A stretch of 64,000 bases of DNA from Myxococcota bacterium (GCA_041687695.1 JAWLBL010000003.1:247660-311659), one strand, 5' to 3'; counted from the stretch's first letter, positions 22,150 through 33,546 are shown. Notes: generated from the sequence alone by a model not told the origin. Translations and numbers: made by a program.

Positions 22150-22190
22150 GGAAAGGGGTCAGGTCTAATCATTAGACCTGACCCCTTTCC
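22150..22190. terminator. Perfect 41-bp palindrome between convergent genes (bidirectional terminator or REP-like element)
   Basis: GGAAAGGGGTCAGGTCTAAT-C-ATTAGACCTGACCCCTTTCC, 20-bp arms. Confidence 0.8.
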
Positions 22191-22191
22191 G

Positions 22192-24594
22192 CTACTCCCG
22201 GATGGGCGTCGCCGCCACCATCTGGAAGAACAGCGACTCGTCGCCGACGACCTCGACCTTCCAGGAGTCGATGTCGCGCCAGCCCTCGACGCCCTTGCGC
22301 TTGAGCTTCTTCGAGTAGGACTGCAGCTTGGACTCGAAGCCGCCCATCTTGCCGCGCTCCATCAGGGCGTAGAACTTGCGGCCGTGGTTGCGCTCCTCGA
22401 GGTAGGGCAGGAACTGCGGCTGCTCCTTGGTGATGGGCTGCAGCTCGTTGTAGCTGTAGTAGGTCTCACCGCGCCAGGTGATGAGCCAGCTGATGACGTC
22501 CTCCTGGCAGACCTTCTTCTCGGTCCCCCGGAAGTACTCCGAGACGCCGCCGAGGCCGATGGACGCCAACACGGGGCGGTAGGCCTGGACGACCTCGGGG
22601 TGGTTCTGGGCGCGGTTGCAGGTGTCGTAGTAGCTGTCGAACAGGTACTTCTGCGACCAGTGCGGCGACAGCGACGGCATGTAGTAGTTCAGCGACCACA
22701 TCGTCAGCGCGCTGGCGGTCAGGCCCAGGGCGACCAGTCCGGCGCGCCGCGTTCGGGCCGCGAAGAACAGGCCCAGCGCGATGAGCCCCATCACCGACAC
22801 GATCAGGACGAACGTGTGGTAGCGGAACATGGGCGTGGTCAGGATGGCCTGCAGCGTCGGTGACGTGTGTCGCCAGAAGGTGCTGTCGGCCCAGGTGACC
22901 GTACTGCCCGCCGCGACGGGGGCGGCCGCGTCGATGGGCAGGTGCTCGGGCAGGGGGCGGTCGTACTTATAGGTCATCAGGTTGCGGATGTGCTGGGGAT
23001 CCTCGTGCAGATCCCAGGCGACGGCCGCGAACGTGACGACGCCGACGACGACCGCGAGGCGGGCGAGCCAGCCCCGGTTGTCGAGCAGGTGGTCGAGGAA
23101 GAGGGCGGTCAGGACGGCCAGCGCGGGCATGGCCGGGAAGATGTAGTGGTGGAACTTGGTCGACGAGATGGTGAAGAGCGTGAAGGCGACCACGAACCAC
23201 AGGGTCGCGAACAGCTTCGCCTGGTCGCCGGCCTCCGGGGCGCGGGCGCGCTGACGCACCAGCCAGACCAGGGCCAGCGGTACGAACACCATCCACGGGA
23301 ACATGCCGATGCCGAGCCACTTGATGAAGTGCTCGAAGTTGCCGCTGTCGATCTGGTGGACGCCGGCGCCGAGGCGGTTGAAGTGGTCGTGGATGAAGAA
23401 GCGCTGGTAGTAGGCCATGCCGTGCTTGGCGAACATGGCCATGTACCAGGGGAAGCCCGTGGCGATGAAGACCAGGATGCCGCGGATGAGCTCGGCTCGG
23501 GCCAGGGCGCGCCAGTGCCCCGAGACCAGCAGGTACACGAAGATGATGGCGCCCGGCAGCATGAAGCCGAGCAGCCCCTTGGCGTAGGTGCTCATCGCCG
23601 CCATGACGTAGAAGAGCACCATCAGGTAGCGGCGGACCCACTTGTCCTTGACCGCGTCGGTCAGGCCCTGGTCCCGGAGATCCCGGCGCAGCCCGAAGGC
23701 GTACCAGGCGAGGACGCCGGCCAGCAGCACCCCGTAGATGGTCGCGTGCAGCCAGCCCATCAGGTGGGCCTGCTTCAGGTTGGCCAGCTGGAAGCTCCAC
23801 CACGCGGCGCCGGACAGCGCGTCGCTGCCCTCGACCGACAGGTCGGCCGTGATGATGCCGTACTGCGGCAGGGTCGACAGCAGGACGAAGGCCAGCGTGC
23901 CCCACGTCCAGGCCCAGAAGCCGCGTCTGGAGAGCCGCTCGCGTGGGCCGAAGAAGGCCAGCATCAGGAACATCAGCGCGATGATCATGGTCCCGACGAA
24001 CGGCATGTCCGTCTGGGCCTGGCGGCTGATCATGAAGAACTGCGGCGAGGTGGCCATGACGACCGCGCCGATGAGGCCGGCGCGGCGCGACCAGATCTTG
24101 CTCATGGCCAGGTAGGTCATGAACACGGCCATGATGGCCAGGACCGCCATCGGCAGCCGGATGGCCCACTCTCCGTGGCCGACGAGGCGCACGAAGAACG
24201 CCTCGGACCAGAAGATGAAGATGGGCTTGGAGAAGAACGGCTCGCCCTGGCGGGGCTCGGTGCCGATCTGCTCCTTGTAGCCCCACCAGGGGCTGACCCA
24301 GTCGTAGGTCTCGACCATGTGGGTCGTGACGGCGCCGTAGTGGGTCTCCCAGGGGTCCCAGAGGCCGAAGGCCCCCAGGTTGGGCAGGAGCATCAGCGCC
24401 GCGAAGAGCAGGACGCCGGCGCGGACCTTCCCCTCGTGGGCCGGGCGCGTCCAGACCTTCGTCGCCTCGGGGGCCGACTGCGGCTGGTCGTCATAGAGCG
24501 GGAGCGGGCGACCTTCGGCGGTCGTCGGCTCGAACTCGGGGAGGGGGCCCTCGTCGCCCGGAGTGGGCTTGGGGGCTTCAATCGCTGCAGCCAT
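22192..24594 (-). CDS. ArnT/PMT-family (GT-C fold) integral membrane glycosyltransferase
   Basis: LWDPWETHY, FFSKPIFIFW, EWAIRLP, SRQAQTDM, AKGLLG, STKFHHYIFP; many TM segments; ATG at 24594 with GGAG RBS. Confidence 0.88.
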   Translation of the reverse strand: MAAAIEAPKPTPGDEGPLPEFEPTTAEGRPLPLYDDQPQSAPEATKVWTRPAHEGKVRAGVLLFAALMLLPNLGAFGLWDPWETHYGAVTTHMVETYDWVSPWWGYKEQIGTEPRQGEPFFSKPIFIFWSEAFFVRLVGHGEWAIRLPMAVLAIMAVFMTYLAMSKIWSRRAGLIGAVVMATSPQFFMISRQAQTDMPFVGTMIIALMFLMLAFFGPRERLSRRGFWAWTWGTLAFVLLSTLPQYGIITADLSVEGSDALSGAAWWSFQLANLKQAHLMGWLHATIYGVLLAGVLAWYAFGLRRDLRDQGLTDAVKDKWVRRYLMVLFYVMAAMSTYAKGLLGFMLPGAIIFVYLLVSGHWRALARAELIRGILVFIATGFPWYMAMFAKHGMAYYQRFFIHDHFNRLGAGVHQIDSGNFEHFIKWLGIGMFPWMVFVPLALVWLVRQRARAPEAGDQAKLFATLWFVVAFTLFTISSTKFHHYIFPAMPALAVLTALFLDHLLDNRGWLARLAVVVGVVTFAAVAWDLHEDPQHIRNLMTYKYDRPLPEHLPIDAAAPVAAGSTVTWADSTFWRHTSPTLQAILTTPMFRYHTFVLIVSVMGLIALGLFFAARTRRAGLVALGLTASALTMWSLNYYMPSLSPHWSQKYLFDSYYDTCNRAQNHPEVVQAYRPVLASIGLGGVSEYFRGTEKKVCQEDVISWLITWRGETYYSYNELQPITKEQPQFLPYLEERNHGRKFYALMERGKMGGFESKLQSYSKKLKRKGVEGWRDIDSWKVEVVGDESLFFQMVAATPIRE

Positions 24595-24887
24595 TCGGCT
24601 CCACGGCAGCCACGACGCTGCGGGAAACGGTCCGCGGGTTGGGGATCCCCGCAGCCAGGTTGGCGAGGGGCCACGAGCACGTGACAACCCGGTTCCTGCT
24701 GCAAACCGTCCCGTGACCGGCGATGACCTGCGACCAGGCGTGCGCCCCGGAGGGTCGTGAGCAGCGAGCCGGGGCCATGCGTCGGCCACGTTCGATCCCA
24801 CCGAGGCGCGGCTGCGCGCGGGGGATCGAACGTGGAGACGCCTTCGAGTGCAGATGCGGACCCGTGGGGATCGGCATCCGACGCGGA

Positions 24888-25283
24888 CTAGCGCTTCGAG
24901 AACTGGAAGCGCTTACGAGCACCCGGGCGACCGTACTTCTTGCGCTCGACCGTGCGGGGGTCGCGGGTCAGGAACCCGGCGCGCTTGAGGGGGCCGCGCA
25001 GATCGGGGTTGCCCTCGGCCAGCGCGCGGCTGATGCCGTGCTTGACCGCGCCAGCCTGACCGCTGAGCCCGCCGCCGCGGACCGTCGCGAAGACGTCGTA
25101 GCGACCGACCGACTCGGTGATCTCGAACGGCTGGTTGAGGACCATGAGCAGGGTGGCGCGGCGGAAGTACTCATCCGCTTCGCGCTTGTTGACGGTCACC
25201 TGCCCGGTGCCCGGCTTGAGGAAGACGCGGGCGCTGGCCTCCTTGCGGCGGCCGGTAGCGTACCATCGCTGAGCGTTGGCCAT
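24888..25283 (-). CDS. rpsI: 30S ribosomal protein S9
   Basis: [40 protein letters not shown]. Confidence 0.99.
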   Translation of the reverse strand: MANAQRWYATGRRKEASARVFLKPGTGQVTVNKREADEYFRRATLLMVLNQPFEITESVGRYDVFATVRGGGLSGQAGAVKHGISRALAEGNPDLRGPLKRAGFLTRDPRTVERKKYGRPGARKRFQFSKR

Positions 25284-25296
25284 GGAGAGTTCCTAC

Positions 25297-25731
25297 CTAG
25301 TTCGAGAGATCGATGGGCTGGGGCTGCTGGGCCGCGTGCGGGTGATTGGACCCGACGTAGACCTTGAGCTTCTTGAACATGCTGCGACCGAGAGGGCCCT
25401 TGGGGAGCATGCCCTTGACGGCGAGCTCGACCATCTTGGTCGCGTCCTTCTGCAGGAGCTTCTCGGCCGTGATCTGCTTGATGCCGCCGAAGTACCCCGT
25501 GTGATGGAAGTACTCCTTCTTCTGCATCTTGGTGCCGGTCAGCTTGAGCTTGTCGGCGTTGATGACGACGACGAAGTCACCGCAGTCGGCGTGCGGGGTG
25601 TAGGTGGGGCGGTGCTTGCCGCGGAGCACGCCGGCGATGCGCGCGGCGGCGCGGCCAAGGGTCACGCCGTCGAGATCGACCAGGTGCCACTGGCGATCCA
25701 CAGTCTCGGGGGTGAAGCTGAGCGTCTTCAT
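25297..25731 (-). CDS. rplM: 50S ribosomal protein L13
   Basis: [54 protein letters not shown]. Confidence 0.99.
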   Translation of the reverse strand: MKTLSFTPETVDRQWHLVDLDGVTLGRAAARIAGVLRGKHRPTYTPHADCGDFVVVINADKLKLTGTKMQKKEYFHHTGYFGGIKQITAEKLLQKDATKMVELAVKGMLPKGPLGRSMFKKLKVYVGSNHPHAAQQPQPIDLSN

Positions 25732-25851
25732 CTCGGCGTCCTGTCTCGTAGGCTGGTCGAGCGACGACCCTGACGGGGTCGCCGCGCGTGCGGTGGCTCG
25801 GCCGCCGCGGCGATCCGCTGCCGGGGGTTGGCCCGGCGAGCGAACCGCGAC

Positions 25852-25880
25852 GGTATAGGCATCGAGTCGGGGGCTGTCAA
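25852..25880 (-). promoter_or_regulatory. sigma70-type promoter for rplM-rpsI
   Basis: Minus strand TTGACA, 17 bp spacer, TATACC. Confidence 0.7.
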
Positions 25881-25954
25881 CACTAAAGCCGGGGGCGGTG
25901 GCCTGCGGCGCGTCGCCGCGCGTCCAACCCGCGGGGTAGGGCGGCCGGGGCCGC

Positions 25955-27118
<1,164 letters not shown>

Positions 27119-27291
27119 CGGCGATCCTCCCGGAGGTGTGCCCGGGCGACGGGACCGTCCATCGCCCGCTGGGCGGCGAGCCTTGCGGCTCCGTGGGGCG
27201 CCCTTCCTAGTCGAGCGCACCGGCGAACGTCAAGCCTCAACACCCGCGAGGCCCCGGAGATTCGCGGAGTTGGCGGCCGGTCTCGCCCCGA

Positions 27292-28200
27292 TCACGGCAA
27301 GAACAGGCGCGCGTTGACGGCGAAGGTGTTGGTGGCCTCGTCGGAGAGCGTGCGGGAGAAGCCGACGTCGACCGCGAGCGCCTTGGAGACGTAGCCGGCG
27401 CCCACGGAGAAGCGGTTGGTGTCCGTCAACCCGTCGATGCCGAAGCCCGCGCGGGCGACGACGAGCCCCTCGATGAGGTACTGCGCCCCGAAGGCCCAGT
27501 GGGTCGCGGTCTCGTCCTCGAGGCTCTGGAGGTCGAGGACGGCGTCGAAGCTGAGCGTCAGGGCGTCGAACAGGGCGGCCGCGCCGAAGCCGATGGAGCG
27601 GGGCGCCTCGGCGACGGCCTTGGTGTCGATGAGGTTGTGGCCGGTGACGCCCAGGCTGAACATCGACCCGAGCTGGAGCAGGAGGCCGCCGTCGAGCGTG
27701 AAGAACTCGACGTCGTCCTGGGGGCCCACGTCGCCGTCGGACGCGCCGATGGTCAGGTCGGTGTACTGCCCGCCGAGTCCGACGTACAGCCCGAAGTCCT
27801 GACCGCGGAAGCCGGTCGACAGCGCGCCGCGGATGCGGCTGCCGTCGCGGTCGAGAACGCCGAGCTCGCTGGAGACGTAGGTGTAGGAGACGCCGAGGGC
27901 CAGGGCGGGGTTGGTGGACGAGTCGACCGCCGAGGCGTTCAGGCCGTGGCCGTCGAGCGCGTCCTGGTAGGTCCAGCCGACGTCCAGGGCGTACTGCCGG
28001 ATGAGGCTCATGCCGGCCGGGTTGAAGACGAGGGCGGACAGGCCCGTCGCCGTGCCGCGGACCGCGTCGGCCACACCCAGGGCGTTGGCGGGGGCGGCCT
28101 CGTCGCGCGCGCTCGCGGGCGCGGGTGCGGCAGCCACCGCCGCGGTGAGCGCGAGGGCGCCGGCTCGGCGCGCCCAGAGCACGGTGGGTCGCATCGCCAC
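27292..28200 (-). CDS. Putative outer-membrane beta-barrel protein
   Basis: Signal peptide, ALVFNPAGM motif (FadL/PorV-like N-terminus), alternating amphipathic strands, C-terminal FAVNARLFLP. Confidence 0.7.
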   Translation of the reverse strand: MAMRPTVLWARRAGALALTAAVAAAPAPASARDEAAPANALGVADAVRGTATGLSALVFNPAGMSLIRQYALDVGWTYQDALDGHGLNASAVDSSTNPALALGVSYTYVSSELGVLDRDGSRIRGALSTGFRGQDFGLYVGLGGQYTDLTIGASDGDVGPQDDVEFFTLDGGLLLQLGSMFSLGVTGHNLIDTKAVAEAPRSIGFGAAALFDALTLSFDAVLDLQSLEDETATHWAFGAQYLIEGLVVARAGFGIDGLTDTNRFSVGAGYVSKALAVDVGFSRTLSDEATNTFAVNARLFLP

Positions 28201-28223
28201 TCCTCCGGTCGAAGTCGCGACGC

Positions 28224-28252
28224 AACGTAGGGGGGGCCCGATCCCCTGTCAA
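28224..28252 (-). promoter_or_regulatory. sigma70-type promoter for beta-barrel gene
   Basis: Minus strand TTGACA, 17 bp spacer, TACGTT. Confidence 0.55.
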
Positions 28253-28379
28253 CAAGCTCGTCCGCGAGGATCCGGGCACGCCGGAGCGCGGTCGGGCGCC
28301 GCTTCGCGTGACGACCGTGGCGTCTCGGGCGGACTTTCCCTATCATACGCGCCGTCACCGCCGCCCTTAGGAGGGCCCC

Positions 28380-28574
28380 ATGGCCAACGAGGAAGTCGCC
28401 CGCTCGGGCGGACTCATGAAGTGGTTGCTCATCGCGCTGGTGTTCGTCGCCGCCTTCATCGTGCTGAAGTTCGTCGTCGGCCTGGCCTTCGCCATGCTCA
28501 AGTGGGCGGTCATCGCCTTGGCGGCCCTGGGCGTCACCTGGGTGGTCGCCAAGAAGCTCGTCCGAAAGGAGTGA
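28380..28574 (+). CDS. Small two-TM membrane protein
   Basis: AGGAGG RBS, two hydrophobic helices, basic C-terminus. Confidence 0.8.
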   Translation: MANEEVARSGGLMKWLLIALVFVAAFIVLKFVVGLAFAMLKWAVIALAALGVTWVVAKKLVRKE

Positions 28575-29254
28575 GCGTGCGCGGAGCGCGCCGGGCGGCC
28601 GTTCGGACCCTGGGCGTCGCGCTGGCGGCGGCCCTGATGGTGGTGCCGTCGCTCGTCGTGGCGCGGCCCGCTCCGGGCGGGTCGCCGCGGTGGGGGACCG
28701 AGCTGTCGTTCTACGGCTGGTCGCCCGACGCGCGCCTGGTGGCCTATCGGCGCGTGCGCAGGATGCCCCCCGAGCGGGGGCGCAAGCCGCGGGTCGAGCG
28801 CCGCTCGATGCACCGCGTGGTCAAGGACGGGCGCCTCGAAGGCTTCGGCCCGGGTTTTTCCGGCACGCTGGCGGACCACGCCCGCAGCAGCGGCTACCGC
28901 GCCGATGCCCTGCCGATGACCCGGGAGGGCGAGCGGGCCTGGCGGTTCGCGGCGCCGGAAGGCGTCTACCGCCTCGAGGTGACCCTGGGTGAGCAGCTGG
29001 GCTGGCGCTTGACCCTGAACGGCGAGGTCCTGCTGGGGCAGGCGTTCGACACGCCCTATGTCCGCGTCGAGCCGGCGCTGTACCCGGCGCCCGACCGGTC
29101 GGCCCTGGCGCTGGTCATGCTGCTGGACACCGGCTGGCTCATCGACGGCGCCCTCTATACGGTCGCCCTGCCTGCCGACGTCCGCGCGCGCTGGCGTGCC
29201 GCCGAGGCTGCCTCGACCCACCCCGCTGCGCTGCAACCCGAAGTCCGGCCCTGA
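28571..29254 (+). CDS. Hypothetical secreted protein
   Basis: GTG overlaps previous stop; signal-peptide-like N-terminus; GWSPDARLVAY; C-terminal part of track ORF 28001..29254. Confidence 0.65.
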   Translation: MSVRGARRAAVRTLGVALAAALMVVPSLVVARPAPGGSPRWGTELSFYGWSPDARLVAYRRVRRMPPERGRKPRVERRSMHRVVKDGRLEGFGPGFSGTLADHARSSGYRADALPMTREGERAWRFAAPEGVYRLEVTLGEQLGWRLTLNGEVLLGQAFDTPYVRVEPALYPAPDRSALALVMLLDTGWLIDGALYTVALPADVRARWRAAEAASTHPAALQPEVRP

Positions 29255-29316
29255 AGTGCCAACGCCGCCGCGGCGCCCCGCCCCTCGCAGAGCGGGCGCC
29301 GCGGCGGCGCGTCGGC

Positions 29317-30495
29317 TCAGGCCTTGTCCGACTCGGCGGACGTACGCGACTTGCCCGCGCCCGGGCCGCCGCCGAGGCCCAGGAGGTTGCGGCGGGCGCG
29401 CTCGACCTCGTCGGTCGACACGCCGTTCCAGCGGCCCTTGCGCGGCGTGGCGCGCTGCGTCGCCTCCTCGCGGGCCTCCTTCTCGCCCGGCGCGAACGAG
29501 GCGGACTTGCGGTCCTGGCCCTGCTTGACCAGCACGCGCCGGCCGTTCGCGTCCTTGGCCTCGTCCTTGGCGCCTTCTGCGGCGGGCGCGGCCTCCTCGG
29601 CGGCGGCGGTGGCCGGGGCCTTCGGCGCGGCGGCCTCGGCGGGGGCGCCGCCTCTGGCCTCGGTCGTCTCGGCCGCGGGCTGGGTCTCGGCCGCAGGGCT
29701 CGGCGGCACCGTGCTCTTCTTCTTGACCCGCAGGCTCTTCCGCTTCTGTTCGCCTCCCTTGGCCTCGGCGGCGGGGGCGGCGGGCGCGGCCGGCGCGGCG
29801 GCGGACTCGCCCTTGGCGGCGGCTTCGGCGGCGGCGGCGGCGGCGGCCTGCTGCTGCAGCAGCGCCTTGGGCTTGCGGCCCGGCTTCTTGCGCTCCTTGG
29901 GCTTGGGCTTGGGCGGGGGCCCGGCGGCCGTGTCGGTCTTGAGCTTCCAGTGCCCGTGGCCGTCGCCCTCGAACAGGTCGTCACGCTGCTTGCCGAGGGC
30001 GATCTTCAGGGCGCGCTTGGGGCTGGCGTCGCTCATCTTGTTGTCGATGACGACGCGCAGCAGGTGCTCCTCGGAGTGCCACCCGGGGTTGGACTGCATC
30101 CACCCGACGAGCGCGTCGCCGACGCGCTTGCGGCTGCGGCGCTTGCGGCTGCCGGGCTTGGCGGGCTTGGCCTCGGCGGCGGGCTTGGCGGGTTTGGCGG
30201 GTTTGGCGGGCGCGGGTGGCTTGGTCGCCGCCTTGGCGCGCGGAGCAGGGGCGGGCGAGGCAGCCTGCGGCGCGGCGGGCGCAGGGGCGGCCGCGGGGGC
30301 CCGAGCGGGCGCGGTCGTCGCCGCGGTGGCCCCGGCCGAAGCGCTGGCGCTGGCAATCAAACGGCAACCTTCGAGCGCTCGCAGGAAGGAATCGAGCTGC
30401 TCGACCGGAACGGACGCCCTCGCGGCGCCCATGGTGACCTCGATGACGTTGTTGGCCAGCGCGACGCGTATGTCGAGGGAGGTCGTGTCAGGCAT
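29317..30495 (-). CDS. Ala/Pro/Lys-rich histone-like protein with a central winged-helix-like domain
   Basis: PAKPAK repeats, KRRSRKR, folded core ending LFEGDGHGHWKL, KKPGRKPK; ATG at 30495 with GGAG RBS. Confidence 0.7.
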   Translation of the reverse strand: MPDTTSLDIRVALANNVIEVTMGAARASVPVEQLDSFLRALEGCRLIASASASAGATAATTAPARAPAAAPAPAAPQAASPAPAPRAKAATKPPAPAKPAKPAKPAAEAKPAKPGSRKRRSRKRVGDALVGWMQSNPGWHSEEHLLRVVIDNKMSDASPKRALKIALGKQRDDLFEGDGHGHWKLKTDTAAGPPPKPKPKERKKPGRKPKALLQQQAAAAAAAEAAAKGESAAAPAAPAAPAAEAKGGEQKRKSLRVKKKSTVPPSPAAETQPAAETTEARGGAPAEAAAPKAPATAAAEEAAPAAEGAKDEAKDANGRRVLVKQGQDRKSASFAPGEKEAREEATQRATPRKGRWNGVSTDEVERARRNLLGLGGGPGAGKSRTSAESDKA

Positions 30496-30683
30496 CAGGG
30501 AGTCTCCAAAAAACGACATTGGGAGATGGAATCAATGTGGCACCGGGGGAGCGGCGCCGAGGCGGGGTGGATTCGGCGTGCCGGCAGGCATAGTGGTGCT
30601 GCCAAATACACGAGGGCAATATAGGCCGTGACCCCGCCACTCGCAACAAACAAACGCCGAGCGTTGGCATTTCTATCGCGTCG

Positions 30684-30712
30684 TTGACGTTGAGGGGGAC
30701 CGCGGGTAGATT
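30684..30712 (+). promoter_or_regulatory. sigma70-type promoter for ilvA
   Basis: TTGACG, 17 bp spacer, TAGATT. Confidence 0.6.
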
Positions 30713-30762
30713 CCGCCGCACCAAGTGGGCGGGGCGGTGAGCCGCCTGCAGGCGGAGGACGG

Positions 30763-31983
30763 TTGAGCGGTCAGGCGGTCGTGACGTTCGCGGATGTGGA
30801 GGCGGCCCGCGCCGCGGTCCGAGACCACATCTACCAGTCGCCCTGCGCACACTCGGCGACGCTCAGTCGCGCGCTCGGCAACAAGGTCTATCTCAAGCTC
30901 GAGAACCTCCAGATGTCGGGCTCCTACAAGGAGCGCGGCGCCTTGAACCGGCTGCTGCAGCTCACGCCCGAGGAGCGGGCGCGCGGCGTCATCGCGGCGA
31001 GCGCGGGCAACCACGCGCAGGGCGTCAGCTATCACGCGACGCGGCTCGGGATCTCCGCCACCATCGTCATGCCCGAGTACACGCCCCTCGTGAAGGTCAC
31101 GTCGACCAAGCGGTTCGGCGGCAAGGTCGTCCTGCACGGCCAGAGCTACGACGACGCCTATGCCGAGGCGCGGCGCATCGCCGAGGCCGAGGGGCGCGTG
31201 TTCGTCCACCCCTTCGACGACCCGGCCATCATCGCCGGGCAGGGCACCATCGGGCTCGAGCTGCTCGAGCAGAACCCGTATCTCGACGCCATCGTGGTGC
31301 CGGTCGGCGGCGGCGGGCTGATTGCCGGGGTCGCGGTCGCCATCAAGGAGACGAACCCGCGCATCAAGGTCTATGGCGTCGAGGCAGCGGCCATGCCGTC
31401 GATGAAGGCCAGCCTGGAAGCCGGCGACCTGGCGACGGTGCCCGTCCAACGCACGATGGCCGACGGCATCGCGGTGCGGCGGCCGGGCGAGCTGACCTTC
31501 TCGCTCGTGCAGCGCTACGTCGACGACATCGTGACGGTCGAAGAAGAGGAGATCGCCTCGGCGGTGCTGACGCTGCTCGAGGTCGAGAAGACGGTCGTCG
31601 AGGGCTCCGGGGCGACGCCGCTCGCCGCCCTCGCCAACGGCCACCTGCCCCTGTCGGGCAAGAAGGTCGCCCTCGTGTGCACCGGGGGCAATATCGATGT
31701 GACGGTGCTCAGCCGCATCATCGACCGCGGGCTCGTCAAGGACGGACGCATGGTCCAGATCAGCGTCACTTTGTCCGACACGCCCGGCGCGCTGGCCGCC
31801 TTGACGGCGCTGGTCGCGCAGCTCAAGGCGAACGTCCTCGAGATCGAGCACAATCGTGCGTTCAGCCACACCCCCGTCGGGCAGACGCAGGTGGCCATGA
31901 CGCTCGAGACGCGCGGTCACGAGCACATCGAGGCCCTCACGAACGCCCTGGTCGAGTCGGGGCTCAAGGTGACGCTGGTCTGA
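30763..31983 (+). CDS. ilvA: Threonine ammonia-lyase with C-terminal ACT domain
   Basis: LKLENLQMSGSYKERG, ASAGNHAQG, HPFDD..IAGQGT, VPVGGGGLI, GGNID, ACT motif DTPGALA. Confidence 0.95.
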   Translation: MSGQAVVTFADVEAARAAVRDHIYQSPCAHSATLSRALGNKVYLKLENLQMSGSYKERGALNRLLQLTPEERARGVIAASAGNHAQGVSYHATRLGISATIVMPEYTPLVKVTSTKRFGGKVVLHGQSYDDAYAEARRIAEAEGRVFVHPFDDPAIIAGQGTIGLELLEQNPYLDAIVVPVGGGGLIAGVAVAIKETNPRIKVYGVEAAAMPSMKASLEAGDLATVPVQRTMADGIAVRRPGELTFSLVQRYVDDIVTVEEEEIASAVLTLLEVEKTVVEGSGATPLAALANGHLPLSGKKVALVCTGGNIDVTVLSRIIDRGLVKDGRMVQISVTLSDTPGALAALTALVAQLKANVLEIEHNRAFSHTPVGQTQVAMTLETRGHEHIEALTNALVESGLKVTLV

Positions 31984-31984
31984 G

Positions 31985-33436
31985 ATGAGAGTTCCAGGCA
32001 TGAAGCCGGCGGCGTGGGTCTTCCTCGCCGTCGTGGTCGTCTACTCCCTCGTGGCCTGGGATCGCCTCGCGAAGCCCTCGCCCCAGTTCCACTTCGTCGA
32101 CCTCGCCGTCAGCATGATGCAGGGGCGGCTCGACACCGAGACGCCGCGCCAGCGGCCCAAGCCCGAAAAGCCCGACGATCCGCAGGGCTACCGGGCCGCC
32201 ATCCAGCGCACGCTCGACGCGGGCGGCTGGAACGACTGGGCCGCCGTGCGCACGCTGACGCTCGCCGACGGGCAGGTCGTGCGCGGCCGCTTCCCGTGGG
32301 CCGGCGACTCGGGCGAGCAGCGGCACATGTTCTATACGACCGACGGGCTGGCGATGAAGATCGTGGTCCCGGACGACCTGAAGAAGGGCTGCGACGGGCG
32401 CGCCTGGGCGCCGTGTGACACGACGACGCACTACGTGTCGTTTCCCCCTTTCCCGGCCGTCGTCGTGCTGCCCCTCGCGGCGGTGTGGGGCTACGACGTC
32501 AACGACGTCCTCGTGACCATCCTGTTCGGCGCGCTCAACGCCGTGCTGCTCTTCGCCTTCCTCGAGCTGCTCCGGCAGCGCGGCCACTCGACCCGCTCGC
32601 CTGCCGACAACCTGTGGCTGACGGCGTTGTTCGCCTTCGGCACCGTCGCCTTCTTCTCCTCGGTGCGCGGCGAGGTCTGGTTCACCGCCCTCGTCTTCGG
32701 CGTGACCTTCAACCTGCTGTACATGCTGGCCGCGCTCGACCTCAGACACCCCATCCTGGCCGGCTTGATGCTCGGGTTCGGGTTTGCCACGCGCACCCCC
32801 ATCGCCTTCTGCGTCGCCTTCTTCGCCTGGCAGCTCTTCTTCCCGGGCAACCGCTGGGTGGCGGGGCGCTGGCCGGAGATCCTGAAGAAGGGCGCGATGT
32901 TCGCCGCCCCCGTGCTGGCGGTCGGGATCGGCCTGATGCTCTTCAACCATGCCCGCTTCGACAGCGTCGGCGAGTTCGGCCACAGCTACCTGTCCGGCGG
33001 CGCCGCCGAGCGCATCCGCGACCATGGCATGTTCAGCACCCACTACCTCAACGGGAACCTGTCGGCGGCGCTGACCAACATGCCGCGCATCCTGCCCAGC
33101 GCGCCCTTCGTCCAGATCTCCAAGCACGGCCTGGGCCTGCTGGTGACCGTCCCGGTCCTGTTCCTGCTGTTCCGTCCGGCCGCGATGCCGCCCATCCGCC
33201 GCGCCTTCTGGCTGGCCGTCGCTTGCGCCGCCATCCCGGGCCTGCTCTACCAGAACAGCGGCTGGGTCCAGTTCAGCTACCGCTTCGCGCTCGACTACTT
33301 CCCCTACCTCATCGGCCTGCTCGCCCTGGGCGCCCGGCCGCTGACCTGGCGCGTCAAGGCCGTGATCCTGGTCGGCATCGCCATCAACCTGTTCGGCGCC
33401 ATCACCTTCAACCGCTTCGACCAGTTCTACTACTGA
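31985..33436 (+). CDS. Polytopic membrane protein, putative GT-C glycosyltransferase
   Basis: Multiple TM helices; YVSFPPFP, FNHARFDSVGEFG, GWVQFSYRFALD; follows ilvA by 1 bp. Confidence 0.6.
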   Translation: MRVPGMKPAAWVFLAVVVVYSLVAWDRLAKPSPQFHFVDLAVSMMQGRLDTETPRQRPKPEKPDDPQGYRAAIQRTLDAGGWNDWAAVRTLTLADGQVVRGRFPWAGDSGEQRHMFYTTDGLAMKIVVPDDLKKGCDGRAWAPCDTTTHYVSFPPFPAVVVLPLAAVWGYDVNDVLVTILFGALNAVLLFAFLELLRQRGHSTRSPADNLWLTALFAFGTVAFFSSVRGEVWFTALVFGVTFNLLYMLAALDLRHPILAGLMLGFGFATRTPIAFCVAFFAWQLFFPGNRWVAGRWPEILKKGAMFAAPVLAVGIGLMLFNHARFDSVGEFGHSYLSGGAAERIRDHGMFSTHYLNGNLSAALTNMPRILPSAPFVQISKHGLGLLVTVPVLFLLFRPAAMPPIRRAFWLAVACAAIPGLLYQNSGWVQFSYRFALDYFPYLIGLLALGARPLTWRVKAVILVGIAINLFGAITFNRFDQFYY

Positions 33437-33483
33437 GCGCCCGCGCGCCCGGCCGGCGAATCGATGATCCTGGTCACGACCCG

Positions 33484-33512
33484 CTGAATGCGGCGCGCGC
33501 TTCGTGTATAGT
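33484..33512 (+). promoter_or_regulatory. Possible promoter for DUF1592 cluster
   Basis: CTGAAT, 17 bp spacer, TATAGT; weak -35. Confidence 0.35.
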
Positions 33513-33546
33513 GCGCCCCACCTGAGCCACCGCGACGGGGGGGCGC

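Noticed and set aside
30664..30680. sigma54 promoter TTGGCATTTCTATCGC (GG-N10-GC) upstream of ilvA
   Set aside because: Spacing fits but the -12 element is TCGC, and a good sigma70 promoter lies immediately downstream; not supportable
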